In this document: piece after piece, positions 47,152-57,753 of the stretch
Layout: the number at the start of each line of letters is the position of its first letter
Numbering within the stretch: position 1 is the first letter of the stretch
Origin: Methanocaldococcus sp. 16A
GTDB taxonomy: Archaea > AGJL01 > Methanococci > Methanococcales > Methanocaldococcaceae
DNA length: 64,000 nucleotides
Reading direction: 5' to 3' (one strand)
Assembly: GCA_049860595.1 (NCBI GenBank)
Contig: CP187551.1
Notes under the pieces: model-generated
Told to the model about the DNA's origin: nothing
Databases searched by the model: none
The model's input: only the letters and a program-made list of their open reading frames with translations
Made by a program: the position numbers and the translations under genes

Positions 47152-47559
47152 TTAATCATATAAAGATAATTTAAATATAAGTTGTGTTGTTGTTGGTAAT
47201 TCCTTTCTAACAATTTTTAGTTCTGGTTTGTATATATACATTACATCCTTTTCTGAGAAGATATCTATCTCTCTACCCAATATTTTTGAAATAACTCTAA
47301 CCTCTTCTTTTCCACTAACTTTTATTGCTCCTCCCAAAGAGGAATCTACTTCCAAGACAATAGGAAGTTTTAAATCTTCACTTGCAATTTCTTTTAAAAA
47401 CTCAAGCTCTCTTCTTTTTATTCTATGTCTCTTACCATTAATTATTATATGGGGCTTCTCTTCATTTAACAATTCTTTCAATGTTTTTCTTTTAAACCTT
47501 GGATTCATATCTTTTATTATCCCTTTTATAATTTTTTCTACATCTTTCATACGCATCAC
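47152..47559 (-). CDS. DUF61/UPF0216 family protein
   Basis: RKTLKELL.EEKP, LKLPI, LPTTTQ. Confidence 0.8.
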   Translation of the reverse strand: MMRMKDVEKIIKGIIKDMNPRFKRKTLKELLNEEKPHIIINGKRHRIKRRELEFLKEIASEDLKLPIVLEVDSSLGGAIKVSGKEEVRVISKILGREIDIFSEKDVMYIYKPELKIVRKELPTTTQLIFKLSLYD

Positions 47560-47669
47560 AACGTAATTATTTTATACTGTTATTAAGAAATTATATTATT
47601 GTTAGAAAATATTATAAATTAAATTTTAGATTTAAATTTAAATTTTCAAATTGAAAATTCTTTTGGGGG

Positions 47670-48515
47670 ATGTATGTGAAAGTAATGAAAATTGCTCAAA
47701 ATAAAGAAATTATAACCGTTTATCCTACAACCACAATAAGAAAAGCATTAATGACAATGAATGAAAATAGATATAGAAGATTGCCTGTTGTAAATGCTGG
47801 AAATAATAAGGTTGTTGGAATAATTACAAGTATGGATATTGTAGATTTCATGGGTGGGGGTTCAAAATACAACTTAATTAGAGAAAAGCATGAAAGAAAT
47901 TTCTTAGCAGCTATAAATGAGCCAGTTAGAGCTATAATGGAAGAGAATGTTATAACTCTCAAAGAAAATGCTGATATTGATGAAGCAATAGAGACATTCT
48001 TAACAAAGAATGTTGGTGGGGCTCCAATAGTTAATGATGACAATCAATTAATTTCATTAATTACAGAGAGAGATGTAATTAGAGCATTATTAGATAAAAT
48101 AGATGAAAATGAAGTTATAGATGATTATATAACAAGAAAGGTTATTATTGCTACACCAGGAGAGAGATTAAAGGATGTTGCGAGAACCATGGTTAGAAAT
48201 GGGTTTAGAAGATTGCCAGTTGTTAGTGAGGAGAAATTGGTTGGGATTATAACATCAACCGACTTTATAAAACTTTTAGGTAGTGATTGGGCTTTCAACC
48301 ACATGCAAACAGGAAATGTTAGGGAGATAACAAATGTTAGAATGGAAGAAATTATGAAGAGAGATGTTATAACTGCAAAAGAGGGAGATAAATTAAAAGA
48401 AGTAGCTGAGATAATGGTAAATAATGATATTGGAGCTTTACCTGTAGTTGATGATGATTTGAAAGTTAGGGGGATTATTACAGAGAAGGATGTTTTGAAA
48501 TACTTTGCTAAATAA
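47670..48515 (+). CDS. Four-CBS-domain protein
   Basis: Repeated RRLPVV..GIIT..D CBS motifs. Confidence 0.93.
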   Translation: MYVKVMKIAQNKEIITVYPTTTIRKALMTMNENRYRRLPVVNAGNNKVVGIITSMDIVDFMGGGSKYNLIREKHERNFLAAINEPVRAIMEENVITLKENADIDEAIETFLTKNVGGAPIVNDDNQLISLITERDVIRALLDKIDENEVIDDYITRKVIIATPGERLKDVARTMVRNGFRRLPVVSEEKLVGIITSTDFIKLLGSDWAFNHMQTGNVREITNVRMEEIMKRDVITAKEGDKLKEVAEIMVNNDIGALPVVDDDLKVRGIITEKDVLKYFAK

Positions 48516-48571
48516 TGATTTTATTTTTTATTTTTTTAGTTTTATTATTTTTCCACATATAGGGGATATTT

Positions 48572-50974
48572 ATGGACATTAAAAAAATTGAAGAAAAATA
48601 TAAAACCTCTTTGAAAACTGGATTATCAACAGAAGAGGCAAAAGAAAGATTAAAAATTTATGGTTATAATGAAATTCCAGAAAAGAAAGTTCATCCAATA
48701 ATCAAATTTCTATCATACTTTTGGAATCCTATTGCCTGGATGATTGAGATAGCCGCTATTTTGTCAGCTATAATTAAACACTGGGTAGATTTTGCTATAA
48801 TTTTAATCTTATTAATAGTTAATGGAGTTGTTGGTTTTTGGGAAGAACATAAAGCAGAGAATGTTATAGAATATTTAAAACAAAAAATGGCTTTAAATGC
48901 AAGAGTTTTGAGAGATGGTAATTGGAAGACAGTTTTAGCAAGAGAGTTAGTGCCAGGAGATGTTGTTAGAGTAAGAATTGGAGATATTGTCCCTGCTGAT
49001 ATAATATTAGTCGAAGGAGATTATTTGGTTGTAGATGAATCTGCCTTGACTGGAGAAAGTTTGCCAGTAGAAAAGAAGATAGGAGATGTTGCTTATTCAG
49101 GTTCTATTGTTAAAAAGGGAGAGATGACTGGAGTAGTTAAAGCTACTGGTCTAAACACATACTTTGGAAAAACTGTTAAGTTGGTTGAGAAGGCAGGAAA
49201 AGTTAGTTCTTATCAAAAGATGATTGTTAATATTGGAAACTATTTGATAATTTTGGCAGTAATTTTAATAGCAATAATGGTTGCCGTTGAGTTGTTTAGA
49301 GGAAAGAGCTTAATAGAAACGGCTCAATTTGCCTTAGTATTGGCTGTTTCTGCTATACCTGCAGCAATGCCTGCTGTTCTCTCAATAACAATGGCTATAG
49401 GGGCATTAAATTTAGCAAAGAAAGATGTCATCGTAAAAAAGCTTGTTTCTATTGAGGAGTTGGCAGGAGTTGATATACTCTGCTCAGACAAAACAGGGAC
49501 ATTGACGAAAAATCAACTCGTATGTGGAGATATAATAGCTCTAAATAATTTTACTAAGGAGGATGTTATTTTATTTGCAGCTTTAGCATCAAGAGAGGAA
49601 GATGCTGATGCAATAGATACTGCAATTTTAAATGAAGCTAAAAAATTGGGGTTAGATGAAAAAATAAAAAAATATAAAATAAAAAAATTCATTCCATTTG
49701 ACCCAGTTATTAAAAGGACAGAAGCAGATGTTACAAATGGAGAGAAGTTTAAAGTTTCAAAAGGGGCTCCTCATGTTATATTAGATTTATGCAATGCAGA
49801 TGAAAATTTAAGAAAGAAAGTAAATGAAATAGTTAATAAACTTGCTGAAAATGGTTATAGAGCTTTAGGAGTAGCTGTATATAAAAATAATGAATGGCAC
49901 TTTGTTGGAATAATTCCACTATACGATCCACCAAGAGAAGATGCTCCTTTGGCTGTTAAGAAGATTAAAGAGTTAGGAGTTAAAATAAAGATGGTTACTG
50001 GTGACCATATAGCAATAGCAAAAAATATTGCAAAGATGCTTGGAATTGGAGACAAAATTATATCTATGAGTGAATTGTTGAAAAAACTAAAAAGAGGAGA
50101 AATTAAAGAAGAGAAATTTGATGATATTATTGAAGAATCAGATGGATTTGCTGAGGTATTTCCAGAGCATAAATATAAGATTGTTGATTCATTGCAAAAG
50201 AAAAACCATATGGTAGCAATGACAGGAGATGGAGTTAATGACGCTCCAGCTTTAAAAAAAGCAGATTGTGGGATTGCAGTTTCTAATGCAACAGATGCCG
50301 CAAGAGCTGCTGCTGATATTGTTTTATTATCTCCAGGAATCTCTGTTATTGTTGATGCCATTCAAGAGGCGAGAAGAATATTTCAAAGAATGGAAAGCTA
50401 TGTTATTTATAGAATTACTGAGACAATAAGAATCTTATTTTTTGTTGAGCTCTGTATATTAATCTTAGGAATATATCCAATAACTGCTTTGATGATTGTG
50501 CTTTTAGCAATCTTAAATGACATTCCGATATTAGCAATAGCTTATGACAATGTTATTGAGCCAAAATATCCTGTAAAATGGAAAATGAAAGAGATTTTAA
50601 TTATCTCTACTATATTGGGATTTAGTGGGGTTGTAAGTTCGTTCTTAATATTCTACATATCTGATGTTTTCTTACATTTAACAATTGCGGAGTTGCAGAG
50701 CTTTGTATTTTTAAAGTTGATATTAGCAGGACATGCAACTATATTTGTTACAAGGATTAGAGATAGGTTTTATAAAAAGCCATATCCAAGTAGATGGCTA
50801 TTTTGGGGAGTTATGGGAACAAATATAATAGGAACTATAGTGGCTGCTGAAGGAATATTTATGGCACCAATTGGATGGAATTTAGCTTTATTCATGTGGC
50901 TCTATGCCCATGCTTGGATGTTAATTAACGATGAAATTAAGATTCTTCTATTAAAAAGATTAAAGATTGATTAG
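48572..50974 (+). CDS. P-type (IIIA) H+-transporting ATPase
   Basis: TGES, DKTGT, KGAP, TGDGVNDAP, AIPAAMP. Confidence 0.93.
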   Translation: MDIKKIEEKYKTSLKTGLSTEEAKERLKIYGYNEIPEKKVHPIIKFLSYFWNPIAWMIEIAAILSAIIKHWVDFAIILILLIVNGVVGFWEEHKAENVIEYLKQKMALNARVLRDGNWKTVLARELVPGDVVRVRIGDIVPADIILVEGDYLVVDESALTGESLPVEKKIGDVAYSGSIVKKGEMTGVVKATGLNTYFGKTVKLVEKAGKVSSYQKMIVNIGNYLIILAVILIAIMVAVELFRGKSLIETAQFALVLAVSAIPAAMPAVLSITMAIGALNLAKKDVIVKKLVSIEELAGVDILCSDKTGTLTKNQLVCGDIIALNNFTKEDVILFAALASREEDADAIDTAILNEAKKLGLDEKIKKYKIKKFIPFDPVIKRTEADVTNGEKFKVSKGAPHVILDLCNADENLRKKVNEIVNKLAENGYRALGVAVYKNNEWHFVGIIPLYDPPREDAPLAVKKIKELGVKIKMVTGDHIAIAKNIAKMLGIGDKIISMSELLKKLKRGEIKEEKFDDIIEESDGFAEVFPEHKYKIVDSLQKKNHMVAMTGDGVNDAPALKKADCGIAVSNATDAARAAADIVLLSPGISVIVDAIQEARRIFQRMESYVIYRITETIRILFFVELCILILGIYPITALMIVLLAILNDIPILAIAYDNVIEPKYPVKWKMKEILIISTILGFSGVVSSFLIFYISDVFLHLTIAELQSFVFLKLILAGHATIFVTRIRDRFYKKPYPSRWLFWGVMGTNIIGTIVAAEGIFMAPIGWNLALFMWLYAHAWMLINDEIKILLLKRLKID

Positions 50975-50983
50975 GTGATAAAA

Positions 50984-51706
50984 ATGAAAGTTCTTGTTTC
51001 AGGAATAGTAGATTTTTCAACAATTGATTATCCAAAAAAATGCTCTGCAGTAATTTTTTTACATGGATGTAATATGAGATGCCCTTACTGTCACAATTTA
51101 AAACATATTTTAGAGCATAAGAAGGAAATGACAGTTGAAGAGCTTTTTAATAATATTGACTTTTTCTTTGCTGATGCTATTGTTATAAGTGGAGGAGAAC
51201 CAACTTTGCAAAAAGATGCTTTAATAGAGATAGCAAGATATGCAAAAGAAAAAAATTTTCCAGTAAAAATTGATACAAATGGCACAAATCCAGAAATAAT
51301 TGAAGAACTCGTAAAAAATAATTTAATTAATTATGTAGCAGTTGATGTAAAATGCAGATTTGACAAATACAAAGATTTTACAAAGTGTAAAGAAGAGGGA
51401 GAAGAAATTAAAAAGAAAATATTAAAGATTATCGATTTATGCAAAAATAATAACGTCTTTGTTGAGTGTAGAACAACTTATGTTCCAAAAGTTATGGATG
51501 AAAGTGATATAGAGGAGATAGCAAAAACAGTCAAAGATTGCGATTTATATGCAATCCAACAGTTTGAGCCAAAAGACGCTTATGATGAAGAATTTAGAAA
51601 AATAAATCCTCCAAAAAAAGAGGAATTAATAAAATTAGGAAAAATAGCAAAAAAATATATTAACAATGTTATTATAAGAACTGTAAATGGTGTTTTTGAA
51701 ATTTAA
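50984..51706 (+). CDS. Radical SAM activating enzyme (NrdG-like)
   Basis: CNMRCPYCHN, SGGEP, DTNG. Confidence 0.85.
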   Translation: MKVLVSGIVDFSTIDYPKKCSAVIFLHGCNMRCPYCHNLKHILEHKKEMTVEELFNNIDFFFADAIVISGGEPTLQKDALIEIARYAKEKNFPVKIDTNGTNPEIIEELVKNNLINYVAVDVKCRFDKYKDFTKCKEEGEEIKKKILKIIDLCKNNNVFVECRTTYVPKVMDESDIEEIAKTVKDCDLYAIQQFEPKDAYDEEFRKINPPKKEELIKLGKIAKKYINNVIIRTVNGVFEI

Positions 51707-51722
51707 TTTAAAATTTAAAGAT

Positions 51723-52121
51723 TTATTTTTCACCAATTACTCTTGTTATTTTGTACTGTCCAACAGCTTCAATGTATTCTACTTCTCTTCCAGGCTCTAA
51801 TCCTTCAATACCTTCTGGAATTGGTAACTCTAATGTTTCATAAGTTTGTAAGTCCATAATTTGAACCATATCTCCCATTAAAGCTAAAACTTGTCCTTTT
51901 CTTCTGTCAATTATTGGAACTTCTACTTTGCTTGATGTTGGAGCAACAAACTCCTTCTTAACCTTTTCAAATATTCCAATTCCTACGACTCTTGCCTTAG
52001 CTCCTCCGTGTTTTCCTGGCTTTGAAACACTGATATCTACAATCTCACATGGAACTCCATCAATCATAACATACTGTCCAACTTTTAAAGAACCGACATT
52101 AACTTGCTTAGTTCCTGGCAT
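51723..52121 (-). CDS. eif5a: Translation factor aIF-5A
   Basis: SKPGKHGGAK hypusination motif. Confidence 0.97.
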   Translation of the reverse strand: MPGTKQVNVGSLKVGQYVMIDGVPCEIVDISVSKPGKHGGAKARVVGIGIFEKVKKEFVAPTSSKVEVPIIDRRKGQVLALMGDMVQIMDLQTYETLELPIPEGIEGLEPGREVEYIEAVGQYKITRVIGEK

Positions 52122-52209
52122 TATTATCACCTTTTATTTAATTTCATTGAAAAGAAGCTTTTAATAACTATTGCCTTATATTATATAAATATTACTGTTA
52201 TAAGATATT

Positions 52210-53715
52210 TTACTGTTTCTTTTCATTTTTTTCGTTTTCTTTCATAATTTGGGAGATATACATTGTTAAACCACCAACTACAGCAGCAATCTTTTTGTTC
52301 TTTTCAAATACCTTCTCTGATACAACACTGTATAAATCTCTTGATTCTAGGGTATATTGGACCATTTTCTTTTTCAATTTTTCCATATTTTGCTCAACAT
52401 AGTGAGTTGAGATATTTCCTTTCAAAAAGTTCTCTTCCTCTAAAACAGCCCTGTGGAATGGGATGTTTGTTGTTACTCCAACAATAACATACTCTTTTAA
52501 AGCTCTTCTCATCCTTGCTATAGCCTCTTCCCTACTATTTCCATAAGTTATTAATTTAGCTATCATAGGGTCATAGTATGGAGGAATCTCTGCCCCTCCG
52601 CAGACACCACTATCTATCCTAACTCCCGGCCCTCCTGGAGACCTATATAACTTTATTTTTCCAGGACATGGGACGAAGTCATTTAATGGGTCTTCTGCAT
52701 TTATTCTACATTCAATAGCATGCCCTCTTATCTTAACATCTTCTTGCTTTATACTTAGCTCTTCTCCTGCTGCTATTTTAATCATTGCCTTAACTAAATC
52801 AATTCCAGTAACTTGCTCTGTAACTGTATGCTCAACTTGAATCCTTGTGTTCATCTCTAAGAAGTAGAAATTACCGTTTTCATATAAAAACTCAACAGTT
52901 CCTGCGCTATCATAATTTATTGCCTTACCTGCTTTGATTGCAGCCTCCCCCATCCTTTCTCTTAACTCTTCAGTCATTATTGGGGATGGAGCTTCTTCAA
53001 TTAATTTTTGATGTCTTCTTTGAATAGAACACTCTCTATCTCCTAAATGAATAATATTTCCATGCTTATCCCCCAATAACTGAATTTCAATGTGTCTAGG
53101 ATTCTCTAAGTATTTTTCAATAAACACTGTTGGGTCGCCAAATGCACTCTTTGCTATATTTCTTGCGGATTCCATAACTTCTTTTAACTCTTCTTTGTTA
53201 TAGGCGACACTCATTCCCATTCCGCCACCGCCAGCAGATGCTTTAACAACAACAGGAAATCCTATCTCTTCAGCAATTTCTATTGCCTCATCTACATCTT
53301 CAACAGCACCCTCACTACCAGGAATTAAAGGCACACCAGCTTTTTTCATAATTTTTTTAGCATTAATCTTACTTCCCATAGCCTCTATAGCATCAGGATT
53401 AGGTCCAATAAATTCAAAACCTGCCTTTTTAACAGCCCTAGCAAATTCAGCATTTTCAGCTAAAAATCCATATCCAGGATGAATAGCATCAACTTTTGCC
53501 TTTTCAGCAACATTTAGAATAGCATCGATATTTAAATAGCTTTTAGCTGCTGGAGCTTTTCCTATACAATAAGCTTCATCGGCTAAAGAAACATGTAAAG
53601 CTCTTTTATCTGCCTCAGAATAAACAGCTACAGTTTTTATTCCAAGCTCCCAACATGCCCTTATAATTCTAATAGCTATCTCTCCCCTATTTGCAATTAA
53701 AACTTTATTGAACAT
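52210..53715 (-). CDS. pycA: Pyruvate carboxylase subunit A (biotin carboxylase)
   Basis: [25 protein letters not shown]. Confidence 0.95.
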   Translation of the reverse strand: MFNKVLIANRGEIAIRIIRACWELGIKTVAVYSEADKRALHVSLADEAYCIGKAPAAKSYLNIDAILNVAEKAKVDAIHPGYGFLAENAEFARAVKKAGFEFIGPNPDAIEAMGSKINAKKIMKKAGVPLIPGSEGAVEDVDEAIEIAEEIGFPVVVKASAGGGGMGMSVAYNKEELKEVMESARNIAKSAFGDPTVFIEKYLENPRHIEIQLLGDKHGNIIHLGDRECSIQRRHQKLIEEAPSPIMTEELRERMGEAAIKAGKAINYDSAGTVEFLYENGNFYFLEMNTRIQVEHTVTEQVTGIDLVKAMIKIAAGEELSIKQEDVKIRGHAIECRINAEDPLNDFVPCPGKIKLYRSPGGPGVRIDSGVCGGAEIPPYYDPMIAKLITYGNSREEAIARMRRALKEYVIVGVTTNIPFHRAVLEEENFLKGNISTHYVEQNMEKLKKKMVQYTLESRDLYSVVSEKVFEKNKKIAAVVGGLTMYISQIMKENEKNEKKQ

Positions 53716-53789
53716 GTTTTCACCACAAAACGAGTTTATATTTTAAAATTATTTAATAAAATCTAAGAGACAAAAAAGTTTGTTTAATG

Positions 53790-55493
53790 TTATTTAATAA
53801 TCATAATTACATCCCCAACATTCACAGCATCTCCTTCATCAATTAATATCTTCTCAACAGTTCCTTCAACAGGGCTTTCTATTGGATGTTCCATCTTCAT
53901 AGCTTCCAATACAACAATTATATCTCCTTTCTTAACTTTATCCCCTTCTTTAACTTTAATCTTGGTCACCATTCCTCTAAATGGTGAGGTTACAGCCCCT
54001 TCTATTTCTGCAGTTACAATCTCTTTCTTTCTCTTTAATTCAGTACCAATCTTTGGTTCTACCTTAACTTCAAACTTCTCTCCATCAACTTCTACAATAT
54101 ACTCTGTTGGAATCTCTAAAATCTTTCCAATATCTTTCTCTTTTGGTATTGGCTCAGGTTTTAACTCTCCTCTTAAGAACTTAACGGCTATTTGTGGATA
54201 TAATGCATAGGTTAATATATCCTCTTCCTTCTTTACAATTCCCTTTTCTTCTGCTTCTTTCTTAACCTTTTCCCACTCTGGTTCTAACAAATCAGCAGGT
54301 CTGCATGTTATTGGTTTTTCTCCTTCATCTAAAACTCTCTTCAACAACTCTGGGTTTATTGGGGCAGGAGGCTTTCCATAAAAGCCTTTCACATAATTAA
54401 CTACTTCGTTTGTTATAATCTTATATCTCTCTTCAGTTAAAACATTCAAGACAGCCTGAGTTCCGACAATTTGGGATGTTGGTGTAACTAATGGTGGATA
54501 TCCTAAATCCTTTCTAACTCTTGGAATTTCTTTTAAAACATCTTCAAGCTTATCCAAAGCTCCTTGTTCTTTAAGCTGTGAAACTAAGTTTGATAACATC
54601 CCTCCAGGGACTTGATATACCAAAACTCTCGCATCTACTATCTGAGATATTGGAGAAAATAGCATCTTATATTTCTCTCTAACTTTCATGAAGTAATCTC
54701 TAATCTCATTCAACAACTTTAAGTCTAAGCCAGTATCATATTTAGTTCCTTTTAAAGCAACAACAATACTTTCTGTTGGAGGTTGTGATGTTCCCATAGC
54801 AAATGGTGATATGGCACAATCTACCATATCAGCTCCAGCTTCTATAACCTTTAAATAAGTCATTGGTGCCAAACCACTTGTGCAATGACTGTGAACACCT
54901 ACAGGAACTGAAACCTCTTCCTTCAATCTTTTGACTAATTCATATCCTTCATAAGGTGTTAAAAGTCCAGCCATATCTTTAATGTATATTGTATCACAAC
55001 CCATTTCTTCCAATTTTTTTGCTAACTCTACATACTGGTCAATTGTATGGACAGGACTTATTGTATAGCTTATAGCTCCCTGAACTTCAGCCCCAACTTT
55101 CTTAGCTGTTTTTATTGCAGTTTCCATATTTCTTACATCGTTTAAAGCATCAAAAATCCTAAAAATGTCAATCCCATTCTCATGAGCTTTTATAACAAAC
55201 TTCTCTACAATATCATCTGGGTAATGTCTATAACCAACTAAGTTTTGCCCCCTTAAAAGCATCTGTAATGGAGTGTTTTGTATTCTCTTTTTTAAAGCCC
55301 TTAACCTCTCCCAAGGGTCTTCATTTAAATATCTTATACATGCATCAAAAGTAGCTCCTCCCCAAACTTCCATAGAATAAAAGCCCACTTCATCCATCTT
55401 TTCTGCTATAGGAAGCATATCCTCAGTTCTCATTCTTGTAGCTATCAATGATTGTTGTGCATCTCTAAAAGTAGTGTCTATAATCTTAACCAT
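53790..55493 (-). CDS. pycB: Pyruvate carboxylase subunit B
   Basis: RDAQQSL, WGGATFD, KDMAG, EAMKM biotin site. Confidence 0.95.
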   Translation of the reverse strand: MVKIIDTTFRDAQQSLIATRMRTEDMLPIAEKMDEVGFYSMEVWGGATFDACIRYLNEDPWERLRALKKRIQNTPLQMLLRGQNLVGYRHYPDDIVEKFVIKAHENGIDIFRIFDALNDVRNMETAIKTAKKVGAEVQGAISYTISPVHTIDQYVELAKKLEEMGCDTIYIKDMAGLLTPYEGYELVKRLKEEVSVPVGVHSHCTSGLAPMTYLKVIEAGADMVDCAISPFAMGTSQPPTESIVVALKGTKYDTGLDLKLLNEIRDYFMKVREKYKMLFSPISQIVDARVLVYQVPGGMLSNLVSQLKEQGALDKLEDVLKEIPRVRKDLGYPPLVTPTSQIVGTQAVLNVLTEERYKIITNEVVNYVKGFYGKPPAPINPELLKRVLDEGEKPITCRPADLLEPEWEKVKKEAEEKGIVKKEEDILTYALYPQIAVKFLRGELKPEPIPKEKDIGKILEIPTEYIVEVDGEKFEVKVEPKIGTELKRKKEIVTAEIEGAVTSPFRGMVTKIKVKEGDKVKKGDIIVVLEAMKMEHPIESPVEGTVEKILIDEGDAVNVGDVIMIIK

Positions 55494-55751
55494 GGTTATC
55501 CCTCACAAGTATTTATTTTAGTTTTTAAAATAGGCACTGCCAAATAAAAACATGGCAGTGCATGTCCCATATCAATAAGAGGATTATTAATTTTATAATT
55601 TAACCATAGTCATCCCTCATCAAAAATTATATTGTATAAAATCTAAAGATTTAAAGATAACATTAAGTTTAAATTAATTGATACAAAAAATCTTTACTTA
55701 ACCATAGTGTGGTATTGATTGAAATAATATATATGTTTTACTTATGTGTTA

Positions 55752-56642
55752 TTAGATATGAAAATTTTCTGGAAATTTTCCGCTGATAATCTTTAATATA
55801 TCTGTTCTTGTTATAATACCAACAATTTTATTGTTATCATCAACTATAACCAACCTACCAACGTTATTTTTATTCATAATTTTTAATGCTTCGTATATTT
55901 TTTCATCTTTATGTATTGTTAAAACATTTTTACTCATAACCTCTCCAACTTTTTTATCAATATTTTCTATATTTTCAGCAATATCATGTAAGCTAATTAT
56001 TCCAACTAAATTATCGTTATCAACAACTGGAGCCCCACTAATATTTTTTTCAGCAAGTAACTTAGCCGTTTCTTTTAAAGTATTATTTGGACTTACGGTA
56101 TAAACTTTTTTAATTCCAACGTCTCCAACTTTTATATTTGGAATACTTGAAACACCCAAAACATCTATTAATAAAATTCTATGTATATCGTCTCTTCCAA
56201 TAACCTTTCCATTGATGATAATTTTGTTATGATAAGTAGGTCCAACTCTAATAATATCTCCAATATTGAAATGCTTAGTATCCCCTTCAATGTGTATCTT
56301 TGAGGAGCAGTATTTTTCATGTGAAACTGTGTCAAACTCTATTTTTACAACCTTAACTCCTTCAATTTTTATTCCATCTTTATAGATTGGCACTATTATT
56401 TCCCCTTCATCCCCCAATCCTAAAGCTCTATATGCCTTACTTGTTGGAACATATCCTCCTTTAGGTCCAGGAACACCATCAACTAAATCTAATGCTCTTA
56501 AAGCTTGCATTTGGTTTCTTATGGTTCCAGGATTTCTATTTAATCTTAAAGCAATTTCAGTACCTTTTATTGGGCGATTTTTTTCTCTGTAGAGGTTTAT
56601 GAGTTCTTGCAATATTTCCCTTTGCACAACCGTTAGTTCCAT
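55752..56642 (-). CDS. HrcA-like HTH + CBS domain transcriptional regulator
   Basis: PGTIRNQM..L, GPKGGY wHTH; C-terminal CBS pair. Confidence 0.85.
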   Translation of the reverse strand: MELTVVQREILQELINLYREKNRPIKGTEIALRLNRNPGTIRNQMQALRALDLVDGVPGPKGGYVPTSKAYRALGLGDEGEIIVPIYKDGIKIEGVKVVKIEFDTVSHEKYCSSKIHIEGDTKHFNIGDIIRVGPTYHNKIIINGKVIGRDDIHRILLIDVLGVSSIPNIKVGDVGIKKVYTVSPNNTLKETAKLLAEKNISGAPVVDNDNLVGIISLHDIAENIENIDKKVGEVMSKNVLTIHKDEKIYEALKIMNKNNVGRLVIVDDNNKIVGIITRTDILKIISGKFPENFHI

Positions 56643-56751
56643 AAAAACCCCCTTATTAGAAATACTAATGATTATAAATTATAATAGATTATTGACATCC
56701 ATGATAAATATTTATGGCAATAAAATAAATATATAGTTATCGATTTAATTC

Positions 56752-56888
56752 AATAGAACTTTTGCATAAATAGATATTAAAAAGACATAATTGTCTAAAT
56801 GCATTTATTATATTTAATATTAAGGAAGTTTTGGAGCCTTAGGCATCATTTTTTCCTTATTAAGTATATAAACTGCGAAAGTCCCATT
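56752..56888. repeat. Short palindromic/MITE-like element, longest copy
   Basis: AATAGAACTTTTGCA / TGCGAAAGTCCCATT TIRs; internal GCCTTAGGC palindrome. Confidence 0.75.
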
Positions 56889-56909
56889 CAAAATATATAG
56901 GTAGAGATT

Positions 56910-57749
56910 ATGAACTACATAACATCAAAAATAGCTAAGGAGATTTTGAACTCAAAATCTAATGAGATTTTTTTGAATTTAGATTTAAATAAAACAGAAA
57001 AGAAAGAAAAAATAATAATAGATAGAGATAATAATATAGTCAAATTTCCTGAGGGAGATGTTAGCTTTGAGATTTTAAAGAAGATTGCTAAGGATGAGGG
57101 GCACATATATTTTATAAAAGATGGGGAAGTTTTTAAAGCTGCAATATCAAATAGCGGCTATTACAAATTAGTTCCAACAATTCCACCAACTATTGAGATA
57201 AATGGAATAAGGATGCACAGAACTAAGGAAGTTAATCCATATGAAGATACACAAAATAAGATAAACTCTGTAAAAGTAAAAAAAGGAGAGAAAGTTTTAG
57301 ATACTTGCATGGGTTTAGGATATACTGCTATAGAGGCATATAAAAGAGGGGCTGAAGTTATAACAATAGAAAAAAATCCAAATGTATTAGAGTTGGCTAA
57401 GATAAACCCATATAGTGAAGAGCTGTTTAAAGGAAATATTAAGATTATTTTAGGAGATGCTTATGAAGTTATAAAAACTTTTAAAGATGAAGAGTTTGAT
57501 GTTGTTATTCACGACCCTCCAAGGTTTAGCTTGGCAGGGCATCTATATAGTGAAGAGTTTTATAAAGAGATTTTTAGAGTCTTAAAGCCTGGAGGAAGAT
57601 TATTTCATTATGTAGGTAATCCAGGAAAGAAGTATAAAGGAAAGGATTTACAAAAAGGAGTAATGGAAAGGTTGAGGAAAGTTGGATTTGTAAATGTTAG
57701 AAGAGTGGAAAAAGCATTGGGCGTTGTAGCTATAAAACCAAAAGAATAA
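56910..57749 (+). CDS. Class I SAM-dependent methyltransferase (COG2521-like)
   Basis: VLDTCMGLGYTA, HDPPRF, LKPGG. Confidence 0.88.
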   Translation: MNYITSKIAKEILNSKSNEIFLNLDLNKTEKKEKIIIDRDNNIVKFPEGDVSFEILKKIAKDEGHIYFIKDGEVFKAAISNSGYYKLVPTIPPTIEINGIRMHRTKEVNPYEDTQNKINSVKVKKGEKVLDTCMGLGYTAIEAYKRGAEVITIEKNPNVLELAKINPYSEELFKGNIKIILGDAYEVIKTFKDEEFDVVIHDPPRFSLAGHLYSEEFYKEIFRVLKPGGRLFHYVGNPGKKYKGKDLQKGVMERLRKVGFVNVRRVEKALGVVAIKPKE

Positions 57750-57753
57750 TTAT

